Shown: one piece after another, positions 1-14,041 of the stretch
How the letters are laid out: every line of letters starts with the position of its first letter
Position numbering within the stretch: the stretch's first letter is position 1
Assembly (NCBI GenBank): GCA_964016885.1
Contig: OZ024742.1
Span: 17,670,001 to 17,734,000 of the forward strand
Length of the DNA: 64,000 bases
Origin: Eledone cirrhosa
Taxonomy: Eukaryota
Direction of reading: 5' to 3'
The notes under the pieces: generated by a model
What the model was told of the DNA's origin: nothing
The model's input: only the letters and a program-made list of their open reading frames with translations
The model's database searches: none
Position numbers and translations under genes: made by a program

Positions 1-3000
1 TGTGGTGGGTGTATGTCTATGTCCTGCCTGTGTGTATATGTATGACTATGTATGTGTGTGGTGGGTGTATGTCTATGTCCTGCCTGTGTGTATATGTATG
101 ACTATGTATGTGTGTGGTGGGTGTATGTCTAGCTCTGTCCTGCCGGTGTGTATATGTATGTCTATGTATGTGTGTGGTGGGTGTATGTATATGTCGTGCC
201 TGTGTGTATATGTATGACTATGTATGTGTGTGGTGGGTGTATGTATATGTCCTGCCTGTGTGTATATGTATGACTATGTATGTGTGTGATGGGTGTATGT
301 CTAGCTATGTCTTGCCTGTGTGTATATGTATGACTATGTATGTGTGTGGTGGGTGTATGTCTAGCTCTGTCCTGCCTGTGTGTATATGTATGACTATGTA
401 TGTGTGTGGTGGGTGTATGTCTAGCTATGTCCTGCCTGTGTGTATATGTATGACTATGTATGTGTGTGGTGGGTGTATGTCTATGTCCTGCCTGTGTGTA
501 TATGTATGACTATGTATGTGTGTGATGGGTGTATGTCTAGCTATGTCTTGCCTGTGTGTATATGTATGACTATGTATGTGTGTGGTGGGTGTATGTCTAG
601 CTATGTCCTGCCTGTGTGTATATGTATGATGATGTATGTGTGTGGTGGGTGTATGTCCATGTCCTGCCTGTGTGTATATGTATGTCTATGTATGTGTGTG
701 ATGGGTGTATGTCTAGCTATGTCCAGCCTGTGTGTATATGTATGACTATGTATGTGTGTGGCGGGTGTATGTCTATGTCCTGCCTGTGTGTATATATATG
801 ACTATGTATGTGTGTGGTGGGTGTATGTCTAGCTCTGTCCTGCCTGTGTGTATATGTATGACTATGTATGTGTGTGGTGGGTGTATGTCTATGTCCTACC
901 TATGTGTATATGTATGACTATGTATGTGTGTGGTGGGTGTATGTCTATTTCCTGCCTGTGTGTATATGTATGTCTATGTATGTGTGTGGTGGGTGTATGT
1001 ATATGTCCTGCCTGTGTGTATATGTATGCCTATGTATGTGTGTGGTGGGTGTATGTCTATGTCCTGGCCGTGTGTATATGTATGACTATGTATGTGTGTG
1101 GTGGGTGTATGTATATGTCCAGCCTGTGTGTACATGTATGACTATGTATGTGTGTGGTGGGTGTATGTCTAGCTATGTCCTGCCTGTGTGTATATGTATG
1201 ACTATGTATGTGTGTGGTGGGTGTATGTATATGTCCTGCCTGTGTGTATATGTATGACTATGTATGTGTGTGGTGGGTGTATGTATATGTCCTGCCTGTG
1301 TGTATATGTATGACTATGTATGTGTGTGGTGGGTGTATGTCTAGCTCTGTCCTGCCTGTGTGTATATGTATGTATATGTATGTGTGTGGTGGGTGTATGT
1401 CTATGTCCTGCCTGTGTGTATATGTATGTATATGTATGTGTGTGGTGGGTGTATGTCTATGTCCTGCCTATGTGTATGACTATGTATGTGTGTGGTGGGT
1501 GTATGTCTATCTCCTGCCTGTGTGTATATGTATGACTATGTATGTGTGTGGCGGGTGTATGTCTATGTCCTGCCTGTGTGTATATGTATGACTATGTATG
1601 TGTGTGGTGGGTGTATGTATATGTCCTGCCTGTGTGTATATGTATGACTATGTATGTGTGTGGTGGGTGTATGTCTATGTCCTACCTGTGTGTATATGTA
1701 TGACTATGTATGTGTGTGGTGGGTGTATGTATATGCCCTGCCTGTGTGTATATGTATGATTATGTATGTGTGTGGTGGGTGTATGTCTATGTCCTGCCTG
1801 TGTGTATATGTATGACTATGTATGTGTGTGGTGGGTGTATGTATATGCCCTGCCTGTGTGTATATGTATGATTATGTATGTGTGTGGTGGGTGTATGTAT
1901 ATGTCCTGGCCGTGTGTATATGTATGACTATGTATGTGTGTGGCGGGTGTATGTCTATGTCCTGCCTGTGTGTATATGTATGACTATGTATGTGTGTGGT
2001 GGGTGTATGTATATGCCCTGCCTGTGTGTATATGTATGATTATGTATGTGTGTGGTGGGTGTATGTCTAGCTATGTCCTGCCTGTGTGTATATGTATGAC
2101 TATGTATGTGTGTGGTGGGTGTATGTATATGTCCTGCCTGTGTGTATATGTATGACTACGTATGTGTGTGGTGGGTGTATGTATATGTCCTGCTTGTGTG
2201 TATATGTATGACTATGTATGTGTGTGGTGGGTGTATGTCTATGTCCTGCCTGTGTGTATATGTATGACTATGTATGTGTGTGGTGGGTGTATGTATATGT
2301 CCTGCCTGTGTGTATATGTATGACTATGTATGTGTGTGGTGGGTGTATGTCTATGTCCTGCCTGTGTGTATATGTATGACTATGTATGTGTGTGGTGGGT
2401 GTATGTATATGTCCTGCCTGTGTGTATATGTATGACTATGTATGTGTGTGGTGGGTGTATGTCTAGCTATGTCCTGCCTGTGTGTATATGTATGACTATG
2501 TATGTGTGTGGTGGGTGTATGTCTATGTTCTGCTTGTGTGTATATGTATGTCTATGTATGTGTGTGGTGGGTGTATGTATATGTCCTGCCTGTGTGTATA
2601 TGTATGTCTATGTATGTGTGTGGTGGGTGTATGTATATGTCCTGCCTGTGTGTATATGTATGTCTATGTATGTGTGTGGTGGGTGTATGTCTATGTCTTG
2701 CCTGTGTGTATATGTATGACTGTGTATGTGTGTGGTGGGTGTATGTATATGTCCTGCCCGTGTGTATATGTATGACTATGTATGTGTGTGGTGGGTGTAT
2801 GTATATGTCCTGCCTGTGTGTATATGTATGTCTATGTATGTGTGTGGTGGGTGTATGTCTATGTTCTGCTTGTGTGTATATGTATGTCTATGTATGTGTG
2901 TGGTGGGTGTATGTCTATGTCCTGCCCGTGTGTATATGTATGACTGTGTATGTGTGTGGTGGGTGTATGTCTATTTCCTGCCTGTGTGTATATGTATGTC

Positions 3001-6000
3001 TATGTATGTGTGTGGTGGGTGTATGTCTATGTCCTGCCCGTGTGTATATGTATGACTATGTATGTGTGTGGTGGGTGTATGTATATGTCCTGTCCGTGTA
3101 TATATGTATGACTGTGTATGTGTGTGGTGGGTGTATGTCTATTTCCTGCCTGTGTGTATATGTATGTCTATGTATGTGTGTGGTGGGTGTATGTCTATGT
3201 CCTGCACGTGTGTATATGTATGACTATGTATGTGTGTGGTGGGTGTATGTATATGTCCTGTCCGTGTGTATATGTATGACTGTGTATGTGTGTGGTGGGT
3301 GTATGTATATGTCCTGTCTGTGTGTATATGTATGATTATGTATGTGTGTGGTGGGTGTATGTATATGTCCTGCCTGTGTGTATATGTATGTCTATGTATG
3401 TGTGTGATGGGTGTATGTCTATGTCCTGCCTGTGTGTATATGTATGACTATGTATGTGTGTGGTGGGTGTATGTATATGTCCTGCCTGTGTGTATATGTA
3501 TGTCTATGTATGTGTGTGGTGGGTGTATGTCTATGTCCTGCCTGTGTGTATATGTATGACTATGTATGTGTGTGGTGGATGTATGTATATGTCCTGATTA
3601 TGTGTATATGTATGACTATGTATGTGTGTGGTGGGTGTATGTATATGTCCTGCCTGTGTGTATATGTATGACTATGTATGTGTGTGGTGGGTGTATGTAT
3701 ATGTCCTGATTATGTGTATATGTATGACTATGTATGTGTGTGGTGGGTGTATGTATATGTCCTGCCTGTGTGTATATGTATGACTATGTATGTGTGTGGT
3801 GGGTGTATGTATATGTCCTGATTATGTGTATATGTATGACTATGTATGTGTGTGGTGGGTGTATGTATATGTCCTGCCTGTGTGTATATGTATGACTATG
3901 TATGTGTGTGGTGGGTGTATGTATATGTCCTGCCTGTGTGTATATGTATGACTATGTATGTGTCTGGTGGATGTATGTCTAGCTCTGTCCTGCCTGTGTG
4001 TATATGTATGACTATGTATGTGTGTGGTGGGTGTATGTATATGTCCTGATTATGTGTATATGTATGACTATGTATGTGTGTGGTGGGTGTATGTATATGT
4101 CCTGCCTGTGTGTATATGTATGACTATGTATGTGTGTGGTGGGTGTATGTATATGTCCTGCCTGTGTGTATATGTATGACTACGTATGTGTCTGGTGGAT
4201 GTATGTCTAGCTCTGTCCTGCCTGTGTGTATATGTATGTCTATGTATGTGTGTGGTGGGTGTATGTCTAGCTTTGTCCTGCCTGTGTGTATATGTATGTC
4301 TATGTATGTGTGTGGTGGGTGTATGTATATGTCCTGCCTGTGTGTATATGTATGACTGTGTATGTGTGTGGTGGGTGTATGTCTAGCTCTGTCCTGCCTG
4401 TGTGTATATGTATGTCTATGTATGTGTGTGGTGGGTGTATGTATATGTCCTGCCTATGTGTATATATATGACTATGTATGTGTGTGGTGGGTGTATGTCT
4501 AGCTCTGTCCTGCCTGTGTGTATATGTATGACTATGTATGTGTGTGGTGGGTGTATGTCTATGTCCTACCTATGTGTATATGTATGACTATGTATGTGTG
4601 TGGTGGGTGTATGTCTATGTCCTGCCTATGTGTATATGTATGACTATGTATGCGTGTGGTGGGTGTATGTATATGTCATGCCTGTGTGTATATGTATGCC
4701 TATGTATGTGTGTGGTGGATGTATGTCTAGCTCTCTCCTGCCTGTGTGTATATGTATGACTATGTATGTGTGTGGTGGGTGTATGTATATGTCCTGCCTG
4801 TGTGTATATGTATGACTATGTATGTGTGTGGTGGGTGTATGTATATGTCGTGCCTGTGTGTATATGTATGACTATGTATGTGTGTGGTGGGTGTATGTCT
4901 AGCTCTGTCCTGCCTGTGTGTATATGTATGTCTATGTATGTGTGTGGTGGGTGTATGTATATGTCGTGCCTGTGTGTATATGTATGACTATGTATATGTG
5001 TGGTGGGTGTATGTCTAGCTATGTCCTGCCTGTGTGTATACGTATGACTATATATGTGTGTGGTGGGTGTATGTCTATGTCCTGCCTGTGTGTATATGTA
5101 TGACTATGTATGTGTGTGATGGGTGTATGTATATGTCCTGCCTGTGTGTATATGTATGACTATGTATGTGTGTGGTGGGTGTATGTCTATGTCCTGCTTG
5201 TGTGTATATGTATGACTATGTATGTGTGTGGTGGGTGTATGTCTATGTCCTGCCCGTGTGTATATGTATGACTATGTATGTGTGTGTTGGGTGTATGTCT
5301 AGCTATGTCCTGCCTGTGTGTATACGTATGACTATATATGTGTGTGGTGGGTGTATGTCTATGTCCTGCCTGTGTGTATATGTATGACTATGTATGTGTG
5401 TGATGGGTGTATGTATATGTCCTGCCTGTGTGTATATGTATGACTATGTATGTGTGTGGTGGGTGTATGTCTATGTCCTGCTTGTGTGTATATGTATGAC
5501 TATGTATGTGTGTGGTGGGTGTATGTCTATGTCCTGCCCGTGTGTATATGTATGACTATGTATGTGTGTGTTGGGTGTATGTCTAGCTATGTCCTGCCTG
5601 TGTGTATACGTATGACTATATATGTGTGTGGTGGGTGTATGTCTATGTCCTGCCTGTGTGTATATGTATGACTATGTATGTGTGTGGTGGGTGTATGTCT
5701 ATGTCCTGCCTGTGTGTATATGTATGACTATGTATGTGTGTGGCGGGTGTATGTCTATGTCCTGCCTGTGTGTATATGTATGACTATGTATGTGTGTGGT
5801 GGGTGTATGTCTATGTCCTGCCTGTGTGTATATGTATGACTATGTATGTGTGTGGTGGGTGTATGTCTAGCTATGTCCTGCCTGTGTGTATATGTATGAC
5901 TATGTATGTGTGTGGTGGGTGTATGTCTATGTCCTGCCTGTGTGTATATGTATGACTATGTATGTGTGTGGTGGGTGTATGTCTATGTCCTGCCTGTGTG

Positions 6001-9000
6001 TATATGTATGACTATGTATGTGTGTGGTGGGTGTATGTCTATGTCCTGCCTGTGTGTATATGTATGACTATGTATGTGTGTGGTGGGTGTATGTATATGT
6101 CCTGCCTGTGTGTATATGTATGACTATGTATGTGTGTGGTGGGTGTATGTCTATGTCCTGCCTGTGTGTATATGTACGACTATGTATGTGTGTGGTGGGT
6201 GTATGTCTATGTTCTGCTTGTGTGTATATGTATGACTATGTATGTGTGCGGTGGGTGTATGTATATGTCCTGCCTGTGTGTATATGTATGACTATGTATG
6301 TGTGTGGTGGGTGTATGTCTATGTCCTGCCTGTGTGTATATGTATATGTCCTGACCGTGTGTATATGTATGACTATGTATGTATGCGGTGGGTGTATGTA
6401 TATGTCCTGCCCGTGTGTATATGTATGACTATGTATGTGTGTGGTGGGTGTATGTCTAGCTCTGTCCTGCCAGTGTGTATATATATGACTATGTATGTGT
6501 GTGGTGGGTGTATGTCTATGTTCTGCTTGTGTGTATATGTATGATTATGTATGTGTGTGGTGGGTGTATGTCTATGTCCTGCCTGTGTGTATATGTATGA
6601 TTATGTATGTGTGTGGTGAGTGTATGTCTATGTCCTGCCTGTGTGTATATGTATGACTATGTATGTGTGTGGTGGGTGTATGTCTAGCTATGTCCTGCCT
6701 GTGTGTATATGTATGACTATGTATGTGTGTGGTGGGTGTATGTCTATGTCCTGCCTGTGTGTATATGTATGACTATGTATGTGTGTGGTGGGTGTATGTA
6801 TATGTCCTGCCTGTGTGTATATGTATGTCTATGTATGTGTGTGGTGGGTGTATGTCTATGTCCTGCCTGTGTGTATATGTATGACTATGTATGTGTGTGG
6901 TGGGTGTATGTCTATGTTCTGCTTGTGTGTATATGTATGACTATGTATGTGTGTGGTGGGTGTATGTATATGTCCTGCCTGTGTGTATATGTATGTCTAT
7001 GTATGTGTGTGGTGGGTGTATGTCTAGCTCTGTCCTGCCTGTGTGTATATGTATGACTGTGTATGTGTGTGGTGGGTGTATGTCTACGTCCTGCCTGTGT
7101 GTATATGTATGACTATGTATGTGTGTGTTGGGTGTATGTATATGTCCTGCCTGTGTGTATATGTATGACTATTTATGTGTGTGGTGGGTGTATGTCTATG
7201 TCCTGCCTGTGTGTATATGTATGACTATATATGTGTGTGGTGGATGTATGTATATGTCCTGCCTGTGTGTATATGTATGTCTATGTATGTGTGTGGTGGG
7301 TGTATGTATATGTCCTGCCTGTGTGTATATGTATGACTGTGTATGTGTGTGGTGTGTGTATATCTATGTTCTGCCTGTGTGTATATGTATGACTATGTAT
7401 GTGTGTGTTGCGTGTATATCTATGTTCTGCCTGTGTGTATATGTATGACTATGTATGTGTGTGTTGCGTGTATATCTATGTTCTGCCTGTGTGTATATGT
7501 ATGACTATGTATGTGTGTGGTGTGTGTATGTCTATGTCCTGCCTGTGTGTATATGTATGACTATGTATGTGTGTGGTGGGTGTATGTCTAGCTATGTCCC
7601 GCCTGTTTGTATAAGTATGAATATGTATGTGTGTGGTGGGTGTATGTCTATGTCCTGCCTGTGTGTATATGTATGTCTATGTATGTGTGTGGTGGGTGTA
7701 TGTATATGTCCTGCCTGTGTGTATATGTATGACTATGTATGTGTGTGGTGGGTGTATGTCTAGCTATGTCTTGCCTGTGTGTATATGTATGACTATGTAT
7801 GTGTGTGGTGGGTGTATGTATATGTCCTGCCTGTGTGTATATGTATGACTATATATGTGTGTGGTGGGTGTATGTATATGTCCTGCCTGTTTGTATATGT
7901 ATGACTATGTATGTGTGTGGTGTGTGTATGTCTATGTCCTGCCTGTGTGTATATGTATGACTATGTATGTGTGTGGTGGGTGTATGTCTAGCTATGTCCC
8001 GCCTGTTTGTATAAGTATGAATATGTATGTGTGTGGTGGGTGTATGTCTATGTCCTGCCTGTGTGTATATGTATGACTATGTATGTGTGTGGTGGGTGTA
8101 TGTCTATGTCCTGCCTGTGTGTATATGTATGACTATGTATGTGTGTGGTGGGTGTATGTCTAGCTATGTCTTGCCTGTGTGTATATGTATGACTATGTAT
8201 GTGTGTGGTGGGTGTATGTATATGTCCTGCCTGTGTGTATATGTATGACTATATATGTGTGTGGTGGGTGTATGTATATGTCCTGCCTGTTTGTATATGT
8301 ATGACTATGTATGTGTGTGGTGGATGTATGTCTAGCTCTGTCCTGCCTGTGTGTATATGTATGACTATGTATGTGTGTGGTGGGTGTATGTCTATGTCCT
8401 GCCTGTGTGTATATGTATGACTATGTATGTGTGTGGTGGGTGTATGTATATGTCCTGCCTGTGTGTATATGTACGACTATGTATGTGTGTGGTGGGTGTA
8501 TGTATATGTCCTGCCTGTGTGTATATGTATGTCTATGTATGTGTGTGGTGGGTGTATGTCTATGTCCAGCCTGTGTGTATATGTATGACTATGTATGTGT
8601 GTGGTGGGTGTATGTATATGTCCTGCCTGTGTGTATATGTATGATTATGTATGTGTGTGGTGGGTGTATGTCTATGTCCTGCCTGTGTGTATATGTATGA
8701 CTATGTATGTGTGTGGTGGGTGTATGTCTAGCTATGTCCTGCCTGTGTGTATATGTATGATGATGTATGTGTGTGGTGGGTGTATGTCTATGTTCTGCTT
8801 GTGTGTATATGTATGACTATGTATGTGTGTGATGGGTGTATGTCTATGTCCTGCCCGTGTGTATATGTATGACTATGTATGTGTGTGGTGGGTGTATGTC
8901 TATGTCCTGCCTGTGTGTATATGTATGACTATGTATGTGTGTGGTGGGTGTATGTATATGTCCTGCCTGTGTGTATATGTATGACTATGTATGTGTGTGG

Positions 9001-10280
9001 TGGGTGTATGTCTAGCTCTGTCCTTCCAGTGTGTATATGTATGACTATGTATGTGTGTGGTGGGTGTATGTATATGTCCTGCCTATGTGTATATGTATGA
9101 CTATGTATGTGTGTGGTGGGTGTATGTCTAGCTCTGTCCTTCCAGTGTGTATATGTATGACTATGTATGTGTGTGGTGGGTGTATGTCTATGTCCTGCCT
9201 ATGTGTATATGTATGACTATGTATGTGTGTGGTGGGTGTATGTCTATGTCCTGCCTATGTGTATATGTATGACTATGTATGTGTGTGGCGGGTGTATGTC
9301 TATGTCCTGCCTGTGTGTATATGTATGACTATGTATGTGTGTGGTGAGTGTATGTCTATGTCCTGCCCGTGTGTATATGTATGACTATGTATGTGTGTGG
9401 TGGGTGTATGTATATGTCCTGCCTGTGTGTATATGTATGACTACGTATGTGTGTGGTGGGTGTATGTCTAGCTATGTCCTGCCTGTGTGTATATGTATGA
9501 CTATGTATGTGTGTGGTGGGTGTATGTCTAGCTCTGTCCTGCCTGTGTGTATATGTATGACTGTGTATGTGTGTGGTGGGTGTATGTCTACGTCCTGCCT
9601 GTGTGTATATGTATGACTATGTATGTGTGTGGTGGGTGTATGTATATGTCCTGCCTGTGTGTATATGTATGACTATTTATGTGTGTGGTGGGTGTATGTC
9701 TATGTCCTGCCTGTGTGTATATGTATGACTATATATGTGTGTGGTGGGTGTATGTCTATGTCCTGCCTGTGTGTATATGTATGACTATATATGTGTGTGG
9801 TGGATGTATGTATATGTCCTGCCTGTGTGTATATGTATGTCTATGTATGTGTGTGGTGGGTGTATGTATATGTCCTGCCTGTGTGTATATGTATGACTAT
9901 GTATGTGTGTGTTGCGTGTATATCTATGTTCTGCCTGTGTGTATATGTATGACTATGTATGTGTGTGGTGTGTGTATGTCTATGTCCTGCCTGTGTGTAT
10001 ATGTATGATTATGTATGTGTGTGGTGGGTGTATGTCTATGTCCTGCCTGTGTGTATATGTATGTCTATGTATGTGTGTGGTGGGTGTATGTCTAGCTCTG
10101 TCCTGCCTGTGTGTATATGTATGACTATGTATGTGTGTGGTGGGTGTATGTCTAGCTCTGTCCTGCCTGTGTGTATATGTATGTCTATGTGTGTGTGGTG
10201 GGTGTATGTCTAGCTCTGTCCTGCCTGTGTGTATATGTATGACGATGTATGTGTGTGGTGGGTGTCTGTCCTGCCTGTTT
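1..10280. repeat. 56/60-bp GT-rich minisatellite array (continues beyond window start)
   Basis: Unit TGTGTGTGGTGGGTGTATGTCTATGTCCTGCCTGTGTGTATATGTATGACTATGTA (56 nt) repeats continuously; a 60-nt variant carries a 4-nt insertion (GTCTAGCTATGTCC / GTCTAGCTCTGTCC). Confidence 0.98.
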
Positions 10281-10667
10281 ATACGTTATATAAACATGTG
10301 CCTTATAAGGAAGTATCAACTATAAAGTAGAGAGTGGTATAATGCTGTGAATTTAACGAAGAAACAGAGAAATTAAATATACAATAAAAGAAAAGGAACA
10401 ATTAAAGAAAAAAAGAAACAGAAAGATTGAAAGGAAAGAAAGAAAGTGTATGTTATATATTTAACTGGATAGTCGTAGCTTATAAATATGTTTAATGCAA
10501 AGAAATATGTATCCAGCCAAACTTTGATTCAGCTGAGTGATCGGCGCATAATTTTTTTGCTGTGTAAGTATTTCTTTATCGAGTTATAGATCTGGAGGGA
10601 AACACAAGGAAAAAACAAAATGGAATATAACCGTAAATTACAAACATAAAATGGAAATAAAACTCAC

Positions 10668-10771
10668 TTCTTTGTAATGTTTGTGTAATCGAAACATGAA
10701 TGTGAAAGTGACAATCGATTACCCGTCCAACGCTGCAACCATGGGCTTCCCATGCTAGACTTGAACTGTGG
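10668..10771 (-). other. Possible 104-nt internal exon of an unidentified host gene
   Basis: Minus strand reads tatttctatttAG|ccacag...acaaagaa|GTGAGT; two frames are open (e.g. PQFKSSMGSPWLQRWTGNRLSLSHSCFDYTNITK). No partner exon identified. Confidence 0.3.
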
Positions 10772-11040
10772 CTAAATAGAAATATTCACAGGAATACAAA
10801 TTCACAGGAGCTCCACTATAAGGAAAACTGCAAAAAAAAAAAAGAAAAAAAAAAGATCCTAATAGCGAATGAGGGAAGGAAGGTGAAGAACATATCGCTG
10901 TGAACTGAAAACACATATACCAAACTTCCATTGCATGCAGGTTTGCGGGTATAACCGACGGGATAGGATTAGGCTACACAGAATAGACAAGGCAAAGTTT
11001 TCAACTAAATTCGACAACGATACTAATCAATTGTGCCCTA

Positions 11041-11171
11041 GGCGCATGACTTAGTGGCTAGAGCATTGGGCTTGCAATCGAAAGGTTGTGAGTTCAATTC
11101 TCGAACCGGGCGATGTTGTTGCAAGACACTTTATTTCGCGTTACACCAGTTTACTCAGCCGTAGAAATGAG
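11041..11171 (+). mobile_element. tRNA-derived SINE (family 1)
   Basis: A-box-like TGACTTAGTGG and B-box-like GAGTTCAATTC, then body CAAGACACTTTATTTC...CCAGTTTACTCAGCCGTAGAAAT shared with copies at 12410, 13467 and 18372. Confidence 0.8.
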
Positions 11172-11536
11172 ATGATAGGACTGGAGTCCCTATCATTAAA
11201 TCACCCAAGACACCTCCAACGAGATGTATCTTGGAGGAGGCCACCTAAACCTTCATAGATAGGAGCTGTCTTTTTAGATGCCTGAGCAAGTCTTGGAATA
11301 GATTTGATAGCATGGGGAAAAATTAAATATATTCCCCTCATGCTATGATAGCAACATGTTCCAGAATGTAATGTCTGGAGTAGCTGCCCACAGAGGCAAA
11401 CCAGATTTAGAAAAGCGTATATTTTTATTCTCATAAATATTATATGTACTGCTTTTATTTTTCAGTTTTCGAATTCTAACCGTTATCACCATTAATGTAT
11501 ATATTTTTATTATTATCACTATTATCCTGTATTAAT

Positions 11537-11591
<55 letters not shown>

Positions 11592-11594
<3 letters not shown>

Positions 11595-12010
11595 GACAGG
11601 GGGAAGAAAAAAATGGCTTCACTTGTGCTTTCAACAAATTTATTTTCTTCACAAAATCCAAAAAGAACTTTTCTTAAAAAACATTATTTTATAAATTAAG
11701 TTGTTGGTTGTTGGTTAGGTCTTAGGAGTTCTTGGTTAACGTAGGAGGTATTGTTTCGTTTTTAGAAAGACCTTTCACGCTGAGGTGCGCTTGTCAAACA
11801 GTTTGACAAGCGCACCTCAGCGTGAAAGGTCTTTCTAAAAACGAAACAATACCTCCTACGTTAACCAAGAACTCCTAAGACCTAACCAACAACCAACAAC
11901 TTAATTTATAAAATAATTTTTTTTAAGAAAAATTCTTTTGGGATTTTGTGAAGAAAATAAATTTGTTGAAAGCACAAGTGAAGCCATTTTTTCTTCCCCC
12001 CTGTCTTAAT
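11592..12010. repeat. ~415-bp near-perfect palindrome next to (TA)n
   Basis: Arms of ~205 bp mirror around TTGTCAAAC-A-GTTTGACAA (centre 11800); starts right after (TA)n at 11541-11590. Confidence 0.95.
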
Positions 12011-12409
12011 ATACCTAACTGTACCAAGGATTACACACATTTTCCAATATATATATATGTATACGTACATACACCCACATATTCATATTTAAATAGAGAG
12101 ATATGTATGTATATGCGTATTGTGTGTAAGATATTTTTTTATGGTGATATATTGACTAAGTGTAATAGAATCTTTAAAATATAATCAGAAAATAATTGTA
12201 CAGACATGAAGTTCTTTGTTTTTGTCTCCGTTGGTTTTCTTACAATTATAATAGCATCAGAGCTTTCCATCTACAATTCAACAAACTTTTACTGCAGTTA
12301 TTGTCTCACTATTCATTTTGTTGTAAATATTGTTATATATACAGTTGTAATGTACCTGCTACAATTGAGAAAACAGATATCGAGTTCGTGTGCCATCACT
12401 GACTCAAGA

Positions 12410-12516
12410 CTTGCAATTGAGAGGTTGTGAGTTCTATTCTAGGACCGGGTGGCGGGTTGTGTCAATGTGCAAGACACTTTATTGCACGCTACACCAGTTT
12501 ACTCAGCTGTAGAAAT
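12410..12516 (+). mobile_element. tRNA-derived SINE family 1, 5'-truncated
   Basis: Aligns by eye to 11071-11168 (CTTGCAAT..GGTTGTGAGTTC..CAAGACACTTTATT..ACTCAGCTGTAGAAAT). Confidence 0.75.
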
Positions 12517-12679
12517 AAATACATAAATACAGTTGTATTATACCTGCTACAATTGATAAAACATCAATTGCTGATATAGAGTTCCTATGCCATCACTGAC
12601 TCAAAATTGTGGTCATAGACAATCACCTAACTTTCACAGGATCAATCCACATATCCGTGTACTATCAGTTCTCTATTTG

Positions 12680-13120
12680 TGAGGAAGACTGAACGTGACT
12701 TGTATGAGTGTCTGATAGTGCACTTATCCCCCTCCTCTCTTATCAAGTGACTATGAACTATTCTACGTATGTGTGTCTCACAAGGGATGACTCACCTGCT
12801 CCGTCTTTACTATACCTACAGTTTTGTACATACTGACCACAATGAATACATACAATAGTTTATAACTTTGCTTATTAATCCGTATGGTGAGCAAATAGGG
12901 TCCCTCGTGCTGGCCTCCCCACAGCCCCGGCGGACAGGATGGAGAAGGCGTTTCCCCGGAGGATGGTAAGGGAGATGCGCAGGAAGAGCCATTCCAACTC
13001 GCGAGACTCACACCTGTGGCTGGCTAGCTCAGCGCCTAAGGTGGCCAATAGGGAGTTAACCCTAGGGCCGAGGACACCAGAAGTCTCCACTGCCAATAGC
13101 ATGACGGCGAACCTAAGCGA
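12680..13120 (-). mobile_element. 3' fragment of CRE-like non-LTR retrotransposon (end of RLE domain + 3'UTR)
   Basis: ORF 12875-13102(-) AVETSGVLG...LFLRISLTILRGNAFSIL matches the C-terminal AVETxG...RxSxxIxRGNA motif of CRE-clade elements; the 3'UTR boundary is approximate. Confidence 0.7.
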
Positions 13121-13466
13121 CTTTATATAGTTTGACTATTGTACGATTGGATGTCTTCAAGAGAGAGAACCTAGGATTTACCTGTCCAATTGTCGACAGC
13201 AGACTCTTTAAAATATATCTCTAGATCGATATTCTCCGTTTACCTATCTCGATACAAATTTTAGTCAACTAATGATTGGCTGCTACAAAACCGCAGCGGA
13301 GGGAGAACTATTAAATAATTGTATATTTCTTAAACACGAAATATTTTGTGAACTTGGCTATTTATATTGCTAACACATTAAATCAAATTATTTAGGAAGT
13401 ATTTTCACTCAATTTCAGCATTTAAGGCCCCCATCGGTCACTAATGACCATCGCTTTGCACCAGCA

Positions 13467-13608
13467 ACTCATTTCTACAGCTGAGTTAACTGAAGCAACG
13501 TGAAATAAAAGGTCTTGCTCAAGGACACAACTCATCACCCGGGTCAAGAATCGAACTCACAACTTCTCAATTGCAAGCCCCATTCTCTAACCACTAAGCC
13601 ATGCACTT
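13467..13608 (-). mobile_element. tRNA-derived SINE family 1
   Basis: Reverse complement has TGGCTTAGTGGTTAGAG and GAGTTCGATTC boxes, then GTGTCCTTGAGCAAGAC...ACTCAGCTGTAGAAATGAG. Confidence 0.8.
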
Positions 13609-14041
13609 CACTCAATATAGCACACATTAACAGTCAAGCAACAAATCTATCTCATTTCTACATAAAATTACTCGAAAAATACACAACTAATGTTGATATT
13701 TGCCCAATTTCAACATTCAAAAGTTAATACAACATGGGCCCTACACAATCACTCGGTCACAGGCAATTTTTACAATTCATAATATACAGTCTAAAAAGAA
13801 ATAATCGGTGCACACATCCAAGCTAACACAAACTGACGTGATAGTCATGGCTGCTGTTTCGCTAAACAACAGTTATAAAGAAATCTAATTGTTCAGTATA
13901 TATACACTAGCACTATTGTACTCGCTGCCAAACACATACTATAATTTTATTATGAGCACAACCTGTAAAGATTATTACAGTTGAAGTTAAGAATACAAAT
14001 TATGTAAACGTTGGAAACTAGCAAACATAATACATAATATA

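Noticed and set aside
1-10280. CRISPR-like or telomeric array
   Set aside because: No unique spacers, no cas genes, eukaryotic context, no TTAGGG-type unit.
2-10325. Dozens of Cys/Val/Met/Tyr-rich ORFs
   Set aside because: Translations of the minisatellite; the 56-bp unit is not a multiple of 3 and the ORFs overlap in all plus frames.
11041-11112. tRNA gene
   Set aside because: Cloverleaf is degenerate and continues into a SINE body repeated elsewhere in the window.
12206-12430. ORF with signal-peptide-like start (MKFFVFVSVGFL)
   Set aside because: Short, AT-rich, runs into a local duplication and SINE; no recognisable domain.
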